A DNA stretch of 64,000 nt from Rebecca billardiae RCC1528 (Eukaryota > Protista > Haptophyta): the NCBI GenBank assembly GCA_965240325.2, contig OZ251242.1, positions 1,302,001-1,366,000 of the forward strand. Direction: 5' to 3'. The position numbers and the translations under genes are program-made. This document shows positions 23,576 through 38,524 of the stretch, one piece after another. The notes below the pieces were generated by a model, which saw only the letters and a list, made by a program, of their open reading frames with translations, was not told where the DNA came from and ran no database searches. Position 1 is the stretch's first letter. Every line of letters begins with the position of its first letter.

Positions 23576-24617
23576 ATCGCCCCTACCCGAGTTCTCAAAA
23601 CGAGACCCCGCCGCTGCGCCACCCGTCCGCCCGGGCAGGGGCCAGGTCTGGAGGCTATTACAGGTGCACTTTTGAATACGTATTCAATATGGCGTTCACA
23701 CATTCTGCCCTCGAATTCTGAGAGCGTCTCGCGTACTTCGTATTATTAATAGTCGCCGACGAGTGCGCCCTCGCGGCCTCCTTCTACGTTCACTGGCCTG
23801 GCTGGCCTGCCAGCCCGCCATCACGTCGAGGCGCACCGTGTCGCAATACAGTAAACAGCGGGGGCCTAGCGGCCTTTTCCCGGTGGGGCTGGTCGAACAC
23901 AGCGCGTCTAGGACGCGACCCGGAGAAGCTTGCCAGGGCCGGCAGACCCGACGACGATGAGACGAGTTGGCCGTTCAGCGCTGACTAACGGTATCATCCG
24001 AGCTGCCGCGTCTTCGCGCGTCGCGTGTGCGATTTAGCCATTAGCCAGGTGCGGCAGCGTGGCTCTCCCAGTTCTGCAAGGCCCACCGAGGCGCCAGCGA
24101 GGCGCGCGTCGATGCAGTCGATGCAGTCGTCGCTGCGCACGGCCGCTCGGGCACGGCTGCACGGCAACGGCACGCACCGATCACGCCGTGCGTGCGCGCG
24201 TCGGCCATCGACGCGTGGTAGTCGTGCAGCAACTGCAGTCCGCACGTCGTGCGCGCTGCTGCCGCCGGACGCCCAGATGGCGCGCGACCGCGTCGGTCGC
24301 GGCGGCCTCGCGCGCCGCGCGCGGTTCGGCTCGACGCGCGGCGTGACCCTCGCGGCGCTCCGCGTTGCGCGCCTCGTCCACGCCGTTCAGCGTGCTCGCC
24401 AGCCGCGCTGCGCGAGGCACGCGTCGAGCGCTGCCGGCGTCTCGCAGTTTGGGTGCGAGGCCGCGGGCGCGCGCGCGCCGGGGCGCGTGGCCTCGTGCGG
24501 TGCACGGCGAGGCGCGCCAGGTCCGTACCGTTACCGTATTGTATAGGCGGTATGAACTGGGTAAGGTGGTACCGCTAAGATCGCCGCCAGATTTGTGGGA
24601 ATCGCAACGACATCTCT

Positions 24618-24762
24618 ATGCGGCGCGCGCAAAAACTATGCGGCGCGCGCAAAAATTAACCACATGCGCTTCGATTCCCGAGGCGTGCCCTAATTGGCGC
24701 AAAAATTAACCAAGTGCGTTCTCGATTCCCGAGGCGTGCCTACAAAAATTAACCAAGTGCGT
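24618..24762. repeat. Short nested tandem repeats (CAAAAATTAACCA x3; tcgattcccgaggcgtgcc x2; atgcggcgcgcgcaaaaa x2)
   Basis: Directly visible; AT-rich relative to flanks. Confidence 0.8.
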
Positions 24763-25051
24763 GTAATCAAAAAACGTTTGAGGCCCCATTCTTCGTATTC
24801 CTCCTCCGGTATTACTTGGGACAGCAGTACTATCTCGCCTGCCTGAGCTGTGTGCGTCTCTTATTCTTAGTAAACTGTAGGTGACACCCAATTAAAGGGG
24901 GTCGGAGCTGGGTCTCCCAGGGCTTTCTCACGAATTAAAATTGTTTAAAGCTGTGTTCACCAGAATAGGCAATAAGCTGGGGCGGCGCGGCGCGGCGGCT
25001 CGGCGCCGGCATCAGTGGCTGCGCCGGGCGAGAAGGCCAAAGCGGCACAGC

Positions 25052-26317
25052 TCACTGCGTCGGGCGCACGCCGAGCAGGCCCTTGCTCTCGAGGCCGCCG
25101 ACCTCCGCGTCACGCAGCGCGTTGGTCTGCGCCGCGGCGGCGGCCGCGGCGGCCGCGACCCGCGCCTGCTGCGCCGCGCGCACGTCCGTCGTGAGCCTGC
25201 CGACGAAGGCGACGAAGTGCTCGAGGTCGAGCGCGCCCGAGACGGGGTCCGCTGGCGCGCCTGCGGCGTCCCAGCGCGCGTTGAGCTCGTCCGCGCGCAG
25301 CTCGAGCCCGTACGCCCGCAGCCCCACGAGCAGCTCGTACAGCTCGATCGTCTGCGAGCGGTCCTTGTCGAGGAAGTGGAAGAGATACTCAGCGTCGCGC
25401 ACGAAGCGGTCGCCGAGGGCGGCGGCCCACTGCTGCACGGCGGTGGGCGTGTGCTTCTCGTCGGCGCGCACCTCCGCCTTCGCGTACGCGTACTGCGCGG
25501 ACACCGCGAGGTGCGTCGACCAGAGCACGAACGCGTCGTACAGGCAGTGCGCCACTATCGGGATGCCGAGGTTGCCGCCCGGCACGGCGGACAGCGCGCC
25601 AAACCAGAGGCCGCACGAGAGCTGCAGGCCGAGGGCGACGAGGTCGGAGCCGTCGATGCCGCGCTTCGCGAGCTTGAGCGGGTTGAGGTGCAGCGCCGCG
25701 AACAGCGCCGACGTCGCGCACAGCGCCGCCGCCGTGGGCGCGAGCCCGCCGCCGAGCTGGTCGGCGAGCGCCGGCAGCATCAGCCCTCGGAACGCCGTCT
25801 CCTCCACCAGGCCGACGACGGCGCCGAGGCCGAGGCAGACGGCGGCGGCGACGGCGGGCTCCTGTCGGAGCCCGAACATCTTGAGCGCGAGCACCTCCGT
25901 CGCCCACGTGATCGGGATCGTCCGCTCGTCCCGCGACGCGTCGACGGCGTTCGAGATTGCAATCAGAGGGAGCGCGCCGAGCACGCCGAGCGCGTACGTG
26001 GTGAGCTGGTTGAAGTCGCCGTGCTCGCCGAGCGCGGCCATGCCGCCGAGCAGCAGGGTTGGCACGGCGATGAGCGCCTGGTTCGCGAGCAGCAGCCCGA
26101 GCAGCCCGAGGTTGACCGCGGGCGCGCGCGGCTGCGGCCGCTCCATCGGCGAGGACACGGACGACAGCGCGCGCCCGCGCGGCGAGGCCGGCACAGCCGC
26201 CCGGGGCGCGACCGGCGGGGCGATGGCGGGCGTGCGCACGGCTCCGTGCGCGCCACCCACGGGCGGGCGGGCGACGAAGCTCGCGCCCAGCGCGACGAGG
26301 ACGGCGGCGGCGTGCAT
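25052..26317 (-). CDS. CPBP (CAAX protease type II/Abi) intramembrane metalloprotease with C-terminal EF-hands, probably plastid-targeted
   Basis: Motifs VEETAFRG, LFAALH, IVAHCLYD; EF-hand DKDRSQTIELYE; N-terminal signal peptide with GASF followed by an R/P/S-rich transit-like stretch; intronless. Confidence 0.85.
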   Translation of the reverse strand: MHAAAVLVALGASFVARPPVGGAHGAVRTPAIAPPVAPRAAVPASPRGRALSSVSSPMERPQPRAPAVNLGLLGLLLANQALIAVPTLLLGGMAALGEHGDFNQLTTYALGVLGALPLIAISNAVDASRDERTIPITWATEVLALKMFGLRQEPAVAAAVCLGLGAVVGLVEETAFRGLMLPALADQLGGGLAPTAAALCATSALFAALHLNPLKLAKRGIDGSDLVALGLQLSCGLWFGALSAVPGGNLGIPIVAHCLYDAFVLWSTHLAVSAQYAYAKAEVRADEKHTPTAVQQWAAALGDRFVRDAEYLFHFLDKDRSQTIELYELLVGLRAYGLELRADELNARWDAAGAPADPVSGALDLEHFVAFVGRLTTDVRAAQQARVAAAAAAAAAQTNALRDAEVGGLESKGLLGVRPTQ

Positions 26318-26513
26318 GGCGCGAGAGTGGGGGGGTGTGGACGGCTTGGCTGGGTGAGTCGGCCGATGAGGGCGCGAGTGGCTCCGCTCGCCGTGATTGG
26401 TCGAGCTGCACGGCTAACCACCCACGCCTTGAGTCCTGGCCTGACCTGCTGACCAATGAGCGGCCTCCGTTGGTCATCATCGTCACTACTGCTGCTAATA
26501 TCAACTGGCCCGG

Positions 26514-28820
26514 TCACCTCGGCGGTGAACTCGCCACACCGGCCGGCCTCAGCGGGCTCCCCCTGAGCGGCGCGGCGCCGGGCGTCGCTGTGAGCGATTC
26601 GCGTCCGCGCACCGAGCCGTGCCGGCTGCCGTGCCGGCTGCCATGTCGGCTGCCTTGCCGGCTGGCCGCGCGCGAGGACGCGCTCGAGGCGGGGCGGCTC
26701 CCCGCCGCGGCGGCCGCCGCGAGCGCGCTTGCGAGCTCAGTCGCGGGCGGGCGGTGCGCCGAGGGCGCGCGCTGCAGGATGCAGCTCGCCAGGTCGGACA
26801 TGCTGCCGCCGCCGCCGCTCGCAGACAGCCGCGCGGCGCTCCGCGTCGGCGAGAGCGGCGGCGGCGCTTCGGTCGGCGGCGGCGGGCCGGGCTCGCCGGC
26901 GCCGGCGCCCGGACCCCCACCAGCCTCTCCCGCGCGCACACCCCCGCCGCCCTGCGCCGCGCCGCCCTCGTCCGCCGCCGTCGGCTCGGCGCACACCGCC
27001 CGCACCACCGCCTCGACCCTCGGCAGCAGCTGCGCCGCGAGCGCCGACGGCTCGAGCACGAGCTGGCGGGTGCGCGGGTCGACGAGCGAGCCCGCCTCGC
27101 CCCTCGGGTCGGCCAGCCGCACCAGCGCCTCTGGAAACTCCTCGAGGGTGAGCTCGACGTCGGCGGCGTGCGCGCGCGCAGCGTTGGGCACGCCGAGCTC
27201 GGCGCCGAGCTCGGCCTCTGATTGGCTCAGCGCGAACGCCGCCTGCACCGTCGCCGCGCCCACCGGCGGGCGCAGCAGCCCGTGCGCATCGAGCAGCGCC
27301 ACCCACTGCTTGAAGCCGAGCACGCGAGGCGCGCGGCCGCTCAGCGTGGGCGCGTGCGCGGCCGAGCGCGCCGGCACGGAGAATTGGTTCCACGCGCGGC
27401 GCAGCCCGCGTGCGTGCAGGTCAAAGAGTGAGCGCACGGCCTTCTCGCGCGAGACCGCGCGCAGCAGCTTCGGGTCGTCGCGCTTGGCGGAGGGCAGCAC
27501 GTGCGCGTTCAGGGTGCGCTCGAGCGCGGCCGAGGGCGAGAGGCGGAGGGCGGCGCAGCGGCGCACTGCGATGGCGAGGAGGAGGGAGGCAAACTCGGCG
27601 AGGTTGAGCCCGGCCTCCGCGCCGGCCGAGTGCGCCGGCTGCCCCTGCCCCGAGCGCCACGACGCGGGCTGCCCGCCGCCGCCGTCGTGCGGCGCCGGCG
27701 GCTGCTGCGGCTGCTGCGGCTGCTGCTGCGTCTGCTGCGTCTGCTGCGTCTGCTGCTGCGGCTGCGTCTGCTGCGTCTGCTGCGTCTGCTGCGTCTGCTG
27801 CGTCTGCTGCGGCTGCTGCTGCGCGAGCGCCGCGCCATACAGTCGGCCCAGCTCGTCCGGCGTGAAGGCGCGGTTGTGCAGCCGGCAGTCGGCGGCGAGG
27901 CGGCGCAGCTCGGGCAGCTCGAGCAGGAAGAGGTCGTCCCCCGAGCCCGCCAGCCCCTCCGCGCCCTCGCCCCACGCCTCGGCGCCACCGCCCGAGCGCG
28001 CGTAGAACGCGTGGATCAAACGCAGCGCGCCAAAGCGCGGCGCCAACACGTCTCGGATCAGCCGCGCCTCTGCGCGCGCGTCGGGGGCGGCGCGCACGGC
28101 CTCGTGGTTGCCGAGGCCACGGCAGAACGCGTCGAGCGACGCGTCCTCCTCCGCCGCGCCGCCGCCCCGCTGCGCCGCGTCGCGCTCGATCGTCCACGCG
28201 CGCCGCGGGCCGATGCGCGTCTGCGCCATCGCCGAGCGGAGCCCGCGCTCGAGGCGGCGGCTGCCCGGGTCGTGCACGAGGCCGCCGATGAAGGCCTCGC
28301 CCGCGGCGGTGTACAGGCGCGAGTCGAGGGCGAGCTCGCCGCGCCGCACCGCCTCGCGCGTCACGCCCGCGCGCGGCTGCAGCCGCGCGACGGGCGGCGC
28401 GGTGCGCGGGCGCGCGCGCGGCTGCGCCATCCCCACCACCTTGGTGCGCCCCTCGCGCATCGCGAGGCCCGAGGCGGTGCAGCCGACGGGCGTCCACGCG
28501 GCGATCAGCTCGGCGGAGACGCGCTCGCGTACGCCGTCAGACGGCTGCAGCACGTCCAGCGACGCGCGCAGCGCGGCGTGGTACTGCGCGCCGCTCGGCG
28601 CGCAGCCGCCCGCCGCCGCCGCCGCCAGCCGCTCGCGCGCCGCCGCCGCGGCGCGCGCGCGCGGGTGGTCGGCGGGCAGCGACGCGACGGGCGGCGCGGT
28701 GGCGGGCGGCAACGGCCGCGGCGCCGCCGCCACCGGCGCGAGCATCCGGACGCGGTGCTCGCCGCCCGGCCCCGACGCCGGCCGCTCGGCGCAACAGCTC
28801 GACGGCCTGCTCGCCGCCAT
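26514..28820 (-). CDS. Hypothetical protein with polyQ/QQT tract and EF-hand-like helices
   Basis: Long ORF with coding-like codon usage; LELPELRRLAADCRL, LNLAEFASLL, LTLEEFPEALVRLA; (CAGCAGACG)n at ~27700-27820; SRHG repeats near the C-terminus. Confidence 0.6.
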   Translation of the reverse strand: MAASRPSSCCAERPASGPGGEHRVRMLAPVAAAPRPLPPATAPPVASLPADHPRARAAAAARERLAAAAAGGCAPSGAQYHAALRASLDVLQPSDGVRERVSAELIAAWTPVGCTASGLAMREGRTKVVGMAQPRARPRTAPPVARLQPRAGVTREAVRRGELALDSRLYTAAGEAFIGGLVHDPGSRRLERGLRSAMAQTRIGPRRAWTIERDAAQRGGGAAEEDASLDAFCRGLGNHEAVRAAPDARAEARLIRDVLAPRFGALRLIHAFYARSGGGAEAWGEGAEGLAGSGDDLFLLELPELRRLAADCRLHNRAFTPDELGRLYGAALAQQQPQQTQQTQQTQQTQQTQPQQQTQQTQQTQQQPQQPQQPPAPHDGGGGQPASWRSGQGQPAHSAGAEAGLNLAEFASLLLAIAVRRCAALRLSPSAALERTLNAHVLPSAKRDDPKLLRAVSREKAVRSLFDLHARGLRRAWNQFSVPARSAAHAPTLSGRAPRVLGFKQWVALLDAHGLLRPPVGAATVQAAFALSQSEAELGAELGVPNAARAHAADVELTLEEFPEALVRLADPRGEAGSLVDPRTRQLVLEPSALAAQLLPRVEAVVRAVCAEPTAADEGGAAQGGGGVRAGEAGGGPGAGAGEPGPPPPTEAPPPLSPTRSAARLSASGGGGSMSDLASCILQRAPSAHRPPATELASALAAAAAAGSRPASSASSRAASRQGSRHGSRHGSRHGSVRGRESLTATPGAAPLRGSPLRPAGVASSPPR

Positions 28821-29167
28821 GAGCGCGCGATGAGAATGTCGTTTCAAAAAGACGGGCGTCCGGCGCGCTCGGCCCGCGGCTGTACAGTTTACTATGATTT
28901 AGCGCAGTCGAACTGAAATGAGCACACTCCGCCTACAGTTTACTATGTTTTAACGTGCACGCTACAGTAACTCAATAAGCCGGGCCCTTGCCTCACTGAG
29001 CAGCTCAACAATAATGTCAATGAGCAGCCGCCGTAGCTACAGAGGCCACTACTCGAGCGACTTCGTGTCAGGCGAGGCAGCTAACTGCTAAGCCAGTAAA
29101 GCCGCGTCACACACTCGCCCAGCCCGTTGCCCGGCTCCACGGGGCAGCTAGGCTTGTTATGACACTT

Positions 29168-30658
29168 TCATTTGCACGGGCCGATGCCCGATGCACCCTC
29201 CACGACGATAGGGTGGATATCGCGAGAGGCGCACGACACTCGGTGGTGAAATGGAAAGTGCCCTGCTCCGCCGGCTCCGGACTCCCAGTGCGCCGACTTG
29301 AGCGCGTAGAGCTCCTTGCACCGACCCGGGCGGTCGAACTCGATGCTGAGCACGGACCGTGCGCGCGTGCCGTTCAGATTCGGCCCGTGGATCGCGTTCG
29401 TGTCGAAGAGGTACAGCGAGCCGAGCCGGCCGTGCATCGAGACGACCTGGTGCTGCGTGCGCACCCACCTCTCGTCGAAGCGCGAGTCGAACTGCACGCC
29501 GTCGTCGACCGAGTAGTACACCGCGCGGTGCGTGCCGTTGGTGACGAGCGTTGGGCGGCCGTGCGTCTCGTCCACGTCGTGCAGCAGGAGGAAGAGCTTG
29601 AGCCGCCGCCCCACGCGGTCGTGGTGCCACAGGTCGTTTTCGTAAGGCCACACCTGTTCGCGGAATCGGCGGATCGTCGCGCCGTATGTGCACACCGCCG
29701 GCGGCGGGGCTGGGCCGGGCGCGCCCGAGCTCGTGTGGCGACGCGCTGCGGCCGCACGTGCCGGGTGCATGTACGCCCCCACCGCGCGCGCGAGAGCCTC
29801 GTCCCGCACGAGAGGGCGCAGGAGGGCGGCCAGCTCCTCGTCCCACGCGCCGATCACGTGGCCGCTTCGATACGCGTTTTTGTTGTGGCTCTGCAGCCAG
29901 CTCTCTCGCACGTCGAGCGCGTCCATCGCCACACGCGCGATCCGCTCCGCGTCGAGGCCGGGCCAGGACTCGAAGCGCACGAAGCCGTCGCGCGAGAGCC
30001 GCGCGTACATCTCCGCGGCGCGCCGCCCGACACCATCGGCGTCGCTGCCGAGCGCGTCCGCCAGCAGCGCCGCCGGCGCGTGCCGCTGCGGCACGTCCAG
30101 CTCCCAGAAGGCGCGCGCGAGGCGCAGGTTGCGCTCCTCCGCACGGGCGAGATGCAAGCTGCGTTCGGACGGATGCGTGGCCCGTGGCAGCCCGGCCATC
30201 GACGGCATCGCGCCGGTGTGCAGCTGCACCACCTTCACGAATGCCTGCTGCAGCGCCTGCTGCAGCGCGGAGCTGGACGTCCTCGGGTCTGCATCTCGCG
30301 TGAGCGCGGGCGTCAGCATGGCGGTCGGATCGTAGCTGACGGCGCCCAGCGAGAGTCCCGCGACGATCGCCACGCGCAGCTGCTGCGCAGACGTTGCTGA
30401 TCCCCGCAGCCGCTCGCAGAAGCCCTTCCGACGATGCTTGTACACGTCGTGCATGATCACGGCGGACGGCTGCCGCTTGAGGACCCTGGGCTTGGTGGAC
30501 TTGAGACGGGCGGTGCCGTTGGCGACTTCTATGACCGGCAACGCGTGGATCGTCTCGAAAGCGCGCGCGTTGGCTGGCGTAAACGGCATGGGAACGCCTC
30601 GCAGGCTCGTTTGAGCAGGAGCGCACGCGTCGACCGCGTTAGTGACGGGTGGGGCCAT
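29168..30658 (-). CDS. Phytanoyl-CoA dioxygenase (PhyH)-like 2OG-Fe(II) oxygenase
   Basis: WHHD (HxD)...LKLFLLLHDVD...GSLYLFDTNAIHG...RSVLSIEF gives the HxD...H...R motif. Confidence 0.8.
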   Translation of the reverse strand: MAPPVTNAVDACAPAQTSLRGVPMPFTPANARAFETIHALPVIEVANGTARLKSTKPRVLKRQPSAVIMHDVYKHRRKGFCERLRGSATSAQQLRVAIVAGLSLGAVSYDPTAMLTPALTRDADPRTSSSALQQALQQAFVKVVQLHTGAMPSMAGLPRATHPSERSLHLARAEERNLRLARAFWELDVPQRHAPAALLADALGSDADGVGRRAAEMYARLSRDGFVRFESWPGLDAERIARVAMDALDVRESWLQSHNKNAYRSGHVIGAWDEELAALLRPLVRDEALARAVGAYMHPARAAAARRHTSSGAPGPAPPPAVCTYGATIRRFREQVWPYENDLWHHDRVGRRLKLFLLLHDVDETHGRPTLVTNGTHRAVYYSVDDGVQFDSRFDERWVRTQHQVVSMHGRLGSLYLFDTNAIHGPNLNGTRARSVLSIEFDRPGRCKELYALKSAHWESGAGGAGHFPFHHRVSCASRDIHPIVVEGASGIGPCK

Positions 30659-30931
30659 GCTGGCCGGCAAGAGGGGATCGATCGATCACCTCGCAGAGCG
30701 CTTTCTCAAATAAGGGACCACCCCGACCGGACTCCCTCGGTTGGCTGCACCATTTGGCTGCACTGGCGTCTGGCGAGCGGCGCCGGCGGCCGTATCGATG
30801 GCGCTCACGCCCTTCGCGCGCATCAGACGAAGAGTTCAAGCCGCGAGTCTTTTGTGGGCTAGCTCCATGCCGTTGAGGAGCACGAGCACCATCAAGTTTG
30901 TCTCACTTGGGGGCTGGGGGGGCCGGGGAAT

Positions 30932-31224
30932 GGCACTTTGAGACAAACCGCGTGCGCACGCCCGAAGAGCTCACCTGACTGGGGAGAGCAGGCCAGGCAT
31001 GGGCAGCGGAGCGGCCGGCACACGCGCGCAGGTGCCATGTATGCCCCTTGGGCACCCATGTGACGCGCCTAGACAGACTTGCGTCCACCTCACCGGGCGC
31101 TGTAGCGCGTGCGGGGCGGGCGCCGTGCGCCACGCCCAGAGTGCCGGGCCGCCATCGCCGTGCGGGCCGACTGGCCAGGGCCGGCGGCGCCGCGCTGCCT
31201 TTGCGCCCTTTGTCTCAAAGTGCC
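30932..31224. mobile_element. MITE (~293 bp), 16-bp perfect TIR, possible degenerate 8-bp TSD (Merlin-like GG termini)
   Basis: GGCACTTTGAGACAAA (30932-30947) / TTTGTCTCAAAGTGCC (31209-31224); flanks cggggaat / cgggtagt (6 of 8 match). Confidence 0.6.
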
Positions 31225-31739
31225 CGGGTAGTCTCTCTCATTCTGCCCTGCTCATCGATGACCGCCTGATGTTATTCCGGGTGGGACTTGGAGCAGCAGT
31301 ATTGATGACGATGCCCGGATGAGTCCGGGTAGCGTCGTCGTCGTCATCAGCATCAGCCGCCATCAGAGGCCCATCACTCAGCCATCAGTGACAATGGTAT
31401 CGGCACGCGTAGACTCTAGAGTCTAGCCCGCCCGTCCGGTCCGATCACCTTATAATATATATATATATATATAATATTTCTTCAGTTATAATAAGCTGCT
31501 ATATAATGTATATATGGCAGATAAAGCGCGCGTCAGTATTGAGTAGGCCGGACCGACTCGGGCGACTAGTAGCGCGTACGGAGAATACCGACGAATAATA
31601 ATATATAAGTACGGCCTGCTCAGTGGCGCGCGGGCCTTGCCCGAGCAGTCTCGGGGTCGTGCTGCTCGGGCCTACAGTAGGTGTGTGGCCGCTGCCTGCT
31701 GCCACTCACTCTGCCAGCGTGTCGTCACGACTCACGTAG

Positions 31740-34152
31740 TCATGCGGATGCCGCCGCCGGCGGCAGCGATGCGCCCAAGCCCGAGCCCGAGGGCGACGGC
31801 TGCTGCGGCGGCGGCTGCTGCGCCGCGCCGCTCGCGCCGCCGCCGCCGCCGCCGCCGCCGTGCGGCGCGCCCTTGCCCCCGCCGCGCCAGCGGTCGCCGC
31901 CCGGGTGGTCCTGCTGCTTGCACGGCGGCACCTTGCGCGTCTTCCGGTGCTTCCAGTGCAGCGCCTCGACAAACTCCTTGAAGAGGCCGTCCATGGCGTC
32001 GCGGTGGTGGGTGGCGCTGTTCTCCCACTGCGACTTGAGCTCCGACTTGGCGTGCTGCATGTGCGTCACGAACGCGCGCGGCAGCACGTTGAAGCGGAAG
32101 CCGAGGTACCGCAGGTGCATCACGAACTGGATCTTGTTCTTGCCGTACCCGTTGAAGCGCTCGTCATACCGCGGCGTCGAGTTGGCGCTGGGCACGATCA
32201 CGTAAGGTTCGTACCGCGTGGAGCGGAGGCAGCCGAGCGCGTACGTGCGGTTCGGCTCGGCCCAGCCCCACCACTTGGGGTAGTTGGTGGACGAGTGCGT
32301 CTCGGGGGAGGAGCGCGCGTAGAACGTGGTGCAGTTGTTGCTGCAGCGCGGGAGCGCACCGCGCGGGGTGGGCACGCGGCGGCGGCGGCGGCGGCGGCGC
32401 GAGCACACGAGCGAGCGCGCGGTGCGTGAGCGCGGGCGTGGGGCGCGGGAAGGCGCGCGGCGCGCGCGCGGCGTGCACGCGGCGCGCGCACCGCTGCACG
32501 CAGCGCGCGAGCTCGCCCATCGTGCGCGGCACCAGCCCCTTGTGCGCGTCGAACGCGCCGTCCGCCTTGTGCGCGTGGTGCGTCGCGTAGTAGGCAAAGG
32601 CGGGCACGACCAGCGCCATCCGCGGCGCGCCGAGCACCTGCGCACTCACCCGCGTGAAGGCGCGCGCGAGCGTGGAGGAGGGCCACAGGTCGACGTCGAG
32701 GTTGAGCACGTGCGTCGTGCGCACCGCCGCCAGCGCCACGTTGCGCAGCGCGTTGATCGGGTACGGCTCCTTGCGCGCCGCCTGCCGCCACACGAGCACT
32801 CGCGCGTGCGGCCGCAAGCCGCGCGCCGCCTCGGACTCGTCGGCCTCCCACTGCTCGATGGGCGGCGCGCCCTCGGCCGCGGCGGCGCGCGCGGCCGCGA
32901 GCTCCTGCGCGCGCGAGCCGGGCGCGACGTGCGCCGGCAGCGCCACCGGCCGCCCCCTCAACCGCTCGAGCGCCGCGCCCACGTCGTCGCCCGCGTGCGC
33001 GTACAGAGAGGCCACGAGCGCGTGCGGCGCCCACCGGTCTGCTAGCTCCATCAGGAAGTGGATCCTGTCGGGGGTGCACTGCGTGATCAGCGTGAGCGAG
33101 AAGGCGCCGAACGTGACCGGCGCGCCGGACGCGTCGTCCGCCGCCTCCGCCGCGAGGACGGCGGGCGGCAGGAGCGGCGCCGAGACGGCGCCCACCTCTG
33201 CGCCCGCGCCGGCGCCTCTCACATCGCCGCCGCCGCCGCCACCGCCGCCGCCATCGGCGCCGCCAGGCTCGGCATCGGCCGCGCCGCCGCCGTCGTCTGC
33301 GCTGCCGGGCGCGTCGCCCGCCAGCGCCGCTGCCGCCTCGTCCTCCTCCGCCGCGCCCACGTCCGCCGCCGCCGCCAGGCCCTCCGCCTCCGCGTCTGCC
33401 TCGAGGGGCGCCGCCTCGCCGCCCTCGCCCGCCTCGCCGCCCTCGCCCTCCTCGCCGTGCTCGACCCCCGCGCCGCCCGCTTCCTCCGACGCCGGCTCGG
33501 CCGACGCCGCGGCTGCCGTCGGCACCGCGTGCGCCCTCTCCTCCGTCGCCAGCCCCTCCGCTGCCGCCGCCGCGTTTGGCGCCACAGCCGCAGCGGGGCC
33601 CGGCTGCGGCTGCTCCGCGTCGGCGGCACCGATGGCGGTGGCCGCCGCCTGCGCGTGCACCGCCGCGCCCACCGCGCCGCCCGCCCGCTCCGTCGCCGGC
33701 TCGTGCGCGGCCTGCGCGGGCTCGCGCGACTCGATGCGCTGCGCACCGCTCGCCTCGGCGCCATCGCCCACCGCGTCCGCCGAGCCCGCCCCCGCGTGCG
33801 CGCGCGCGGCCATGCGCGCCGCGCTCTCCGCGGCCGCGGCCGCGGCGAGGGCAGCGTCCAGCTGAAGAGCGCCGGCCTCGGCGGCGGCGGTCTCGGCCTC
33901 GCTCTCGCGCTCGGCTCTGCCCCGCTCAGCCTCACGCTCGTCCTCCTCCTCGCTCCCGCGCCTCCTCGCCGTAGCGCGCGGCGGCGGCGCGGCGGCGCCC
34001 TCGTGGTCGAGTCGGCCGCCGTGCGGCCGCGGTGGCAAGCGGATGTTGGCGACGAGCATCGATGAGATGAGCATGGTGGCGACGAGCGCGCAGCACGGGA
34101 AGACGACGAGGAGCGTCGTCAGCCGCAGCCGTCGCCGAGCCCGCGGCGCCAT
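31740..34152 (-). CDS. GT49 (LARGE/B4GAT1-like) glycosyltransferase, type II membrane; intron 32491-32341
   Basis: N-terminal TM and long stem; TLITQCTPDR, YPINALRNVAL, LDVD, ALVVPAF, YEPYVIV, PRYDERFNGYGKNK, FVTHMQH. Confidence 0.9.
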
Positions 34153-34545
34153 CGCCCGCGCTCAAGCCGGAAGCTTGCCGCGCGCCTATCGCCGTTCGGT
34201 CGCCATGCTGGGCAGCTGCTCACCAGCCTGCACCACTCACCAGTCACCACCAGGGCGGAATAAATCGCGCGCGATTTTTTGCATGCTGCTGACGTGCTGA
34301 TGCTGGCTGCTGCGCGATAAACGAACGATGAACTCATGAATGCCGCGCGATCGATCCCGGCGCGCCTCCGCCAGTGACGCGCGCGGGGACTGCTCATACG
34401 ATTACGGCAGCCGGACCGGACCACGACTCGCTGGGATGCTCGTATCATCACTGCGCATCATCATCCGCATCACCAGCAGTACGCAGTGTAGTCAGACGCG
34501 TGATGGCGGCTGCTGCTACTGCCGTAGCCGACACGTGTCACGGGC

Positions 34546-38524
<3,979 letters not shown>

